38,601 nucleotides of DNA from positions 1 through 38,601 of the forward strand of contig CAZKPH010000001.1 of NCBI GenBank assembly GCA_964554605.1, written 5' to 3'. This document shows positions 37,719 through 38,601 of the stretch, in pieces. The notes beneath the pieces were generated by a model. The model was not told where the DNA came from and searched no databases. It saw nothing but the letters and a program-made list of their open reading frames with translations. Each line of letters starts with the position of its first letter. Position 1 is the stretch's first letter. Source of the stretch: an uncultured Ferruginibacter sp. (GTDB taxonomy: Bacteria > Bacteroidota > Bacteroidia > Chitinophagales > Chitinophagaceae). The position numbers and the translations under genes are program-made.

Positions 37719-38318
37719 TCAATCGGTTTTTTTTTCAATCAGTTGTCGGATTACTTCGGGGTAATGCGTATGCTCAAGGGCGTGTATTTTTTGAGCCAGG
37801 GTGGCTGGTGTATCAGTACTGTCCACCCTGCATCTGGCTTGTAAAATAGTTTTTCCATGATCATAAAATTCATCGACATAATGAATGGTAATGCCACTCT
37901 CCTTCTCCCCTGCCGCAATTACAGCTTCGTGAACAAATTGCCCATACATCCCCCTGCCGCCGAATTTGGGAAGGAGAGCAGGATGAATATTAACAATTTT
38001 GTCAGGGAATGCTTTTATTAGCGTTGGGGGGATCTTCCAGAGAAAACCCGCCAGTACAATAAACGAAATATTCCTGCTCAGTAATTCCGGCAGATAAGCA
38101 TCTTGTTTGAAAAAACGCTCTTTTTCGACCAGGAGAAAAGGTATGTTTTCTCTTTCGGCAATTTGTTTTACCCCTGCGGTATCATTATTACAAACAATCA
38201 ACGAAACAGATATAAAATTGTTGTTCCTGAATCGGTCAATGATTTTTTGTGCATTGCTTCCCGCCCCGCTGGCAAAAACCGCAATTAAAACCGGCTCATT
38301 AATTCTTGTATAAATCAT
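37719..38318 (-). CDS. purN: Phosphoribosylglycinamide formyltransferase
   Basis: FASGAGSNA, VLAGFL, NIHPALLPKFGG.GMYG, SGITIH.V.E.YD.G and LEH. Confidence 0.97.
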   Translation of the reverse strand: MIYTRINEPVLIAVFASGAGSNAQKIIDRFRNNNFISVSLIVCNNDTAGVKQIAERENIPFLLVEKERFFKQDAYLPELLSRNISFIVLAGFLWKIPPTLIKAFPDKIVNIHPALLPKFGGRGMYGQFVHEAVIAAGEKESGITIHYVDEFYDHGKTILQARCRVDSTDTPATLAQKIHALEHTHYPEVIRQLIEKKTD

Positions 38319-38601
38319 TATATATATAATTTTTTATTCATTTTGTTCTTTTGTCATTTTTTGAGTAAAAATCTCATATTAAAAACCCTTACGGTCAGGA
38401 AATACCTTTTGTAATTCTTTTGAATATTTGCAAAAGTCTGTCAAAAAAACAAAAAAACGTTATTCACAAAAGATGTCTAAACACCGACTTATCTCTTACA
38501 AAACTATGACAGACAGTAAGGGACAGTGGTTACAATCCGCTGAAAACCACGCCAGACAAGGAGAAAAAATTTTTTTGAATGTTGATATTTTGTCAATATC
38601 A

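Noticed and set aside
38520-38560. Possible ZTP (pfl) riboswitch upstream of purN: minus-strand GTCTGGCG followed by a GTGGTT..AACCAC hairpin
   Set aside because: The GGGGAG segment and the 3' CGCCTGGGC pseudoknot hairpin are absent. A cmsearch against the Rfam ZMP-ZTP model would settle it.
38583-38601. Inverted repeat TGATATT-ttgtc-AATATCA at the window end
   Set aside because: It is AT-rich, its spacing does not fit TGA-N6-TCA, and its context is cut off by the window edge.

Overview
AT-rich chromosomal segment from a Bacteroidota bacterium, most likely Chitinophagaceae. This is inferred from the TAnnTTTG -7 promoter boxes, a T9SS type-B CTD protein, DUF2480 and the general absence of Shine-Dalgarno sites. 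From left to right: (1) a minus-strand hoxEFUY' operon for a group 3d NAD-linked [NiFe]-hydrogenase, cut at the window edge, with a Crp/Fnr-like palindrome upstream and a HoxE missing one canonical Fe-S cysteine; (2) a T9SS-secreted PKD/SprB-repeat protein; (3) an uncharacterised YceI - outer-membrane beta-barrel - YceI module; (4) mnmG, a hypothetical protein with a virus/phage-type HNH-like motif, four degenerate parS-like repeats and ybeY; (5) feoA, nadD, chrA, a YitT protein, a PNPOx-like flavoprotein and nadA; (6) a 0.55-kb intergenic region with the architecture of the replication origin oriC, not linked to dnaA, around which gene orientation flips; (7) envelope genes: PpiD-like chaperone, mtgA, kdnB and an MBOAT/SGNH/GH73 O-acetylation cluster; (8) mqnC, several proteases and purN. 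No rRNA, tRNA, CRISPR array or intact mobile element was seen. The best candidates for undescribed biology are the YceI-barrel-YceI module and the HNH-like gene next to the parS cluster. All assignments come from motif recognition by eye; no searches were run.
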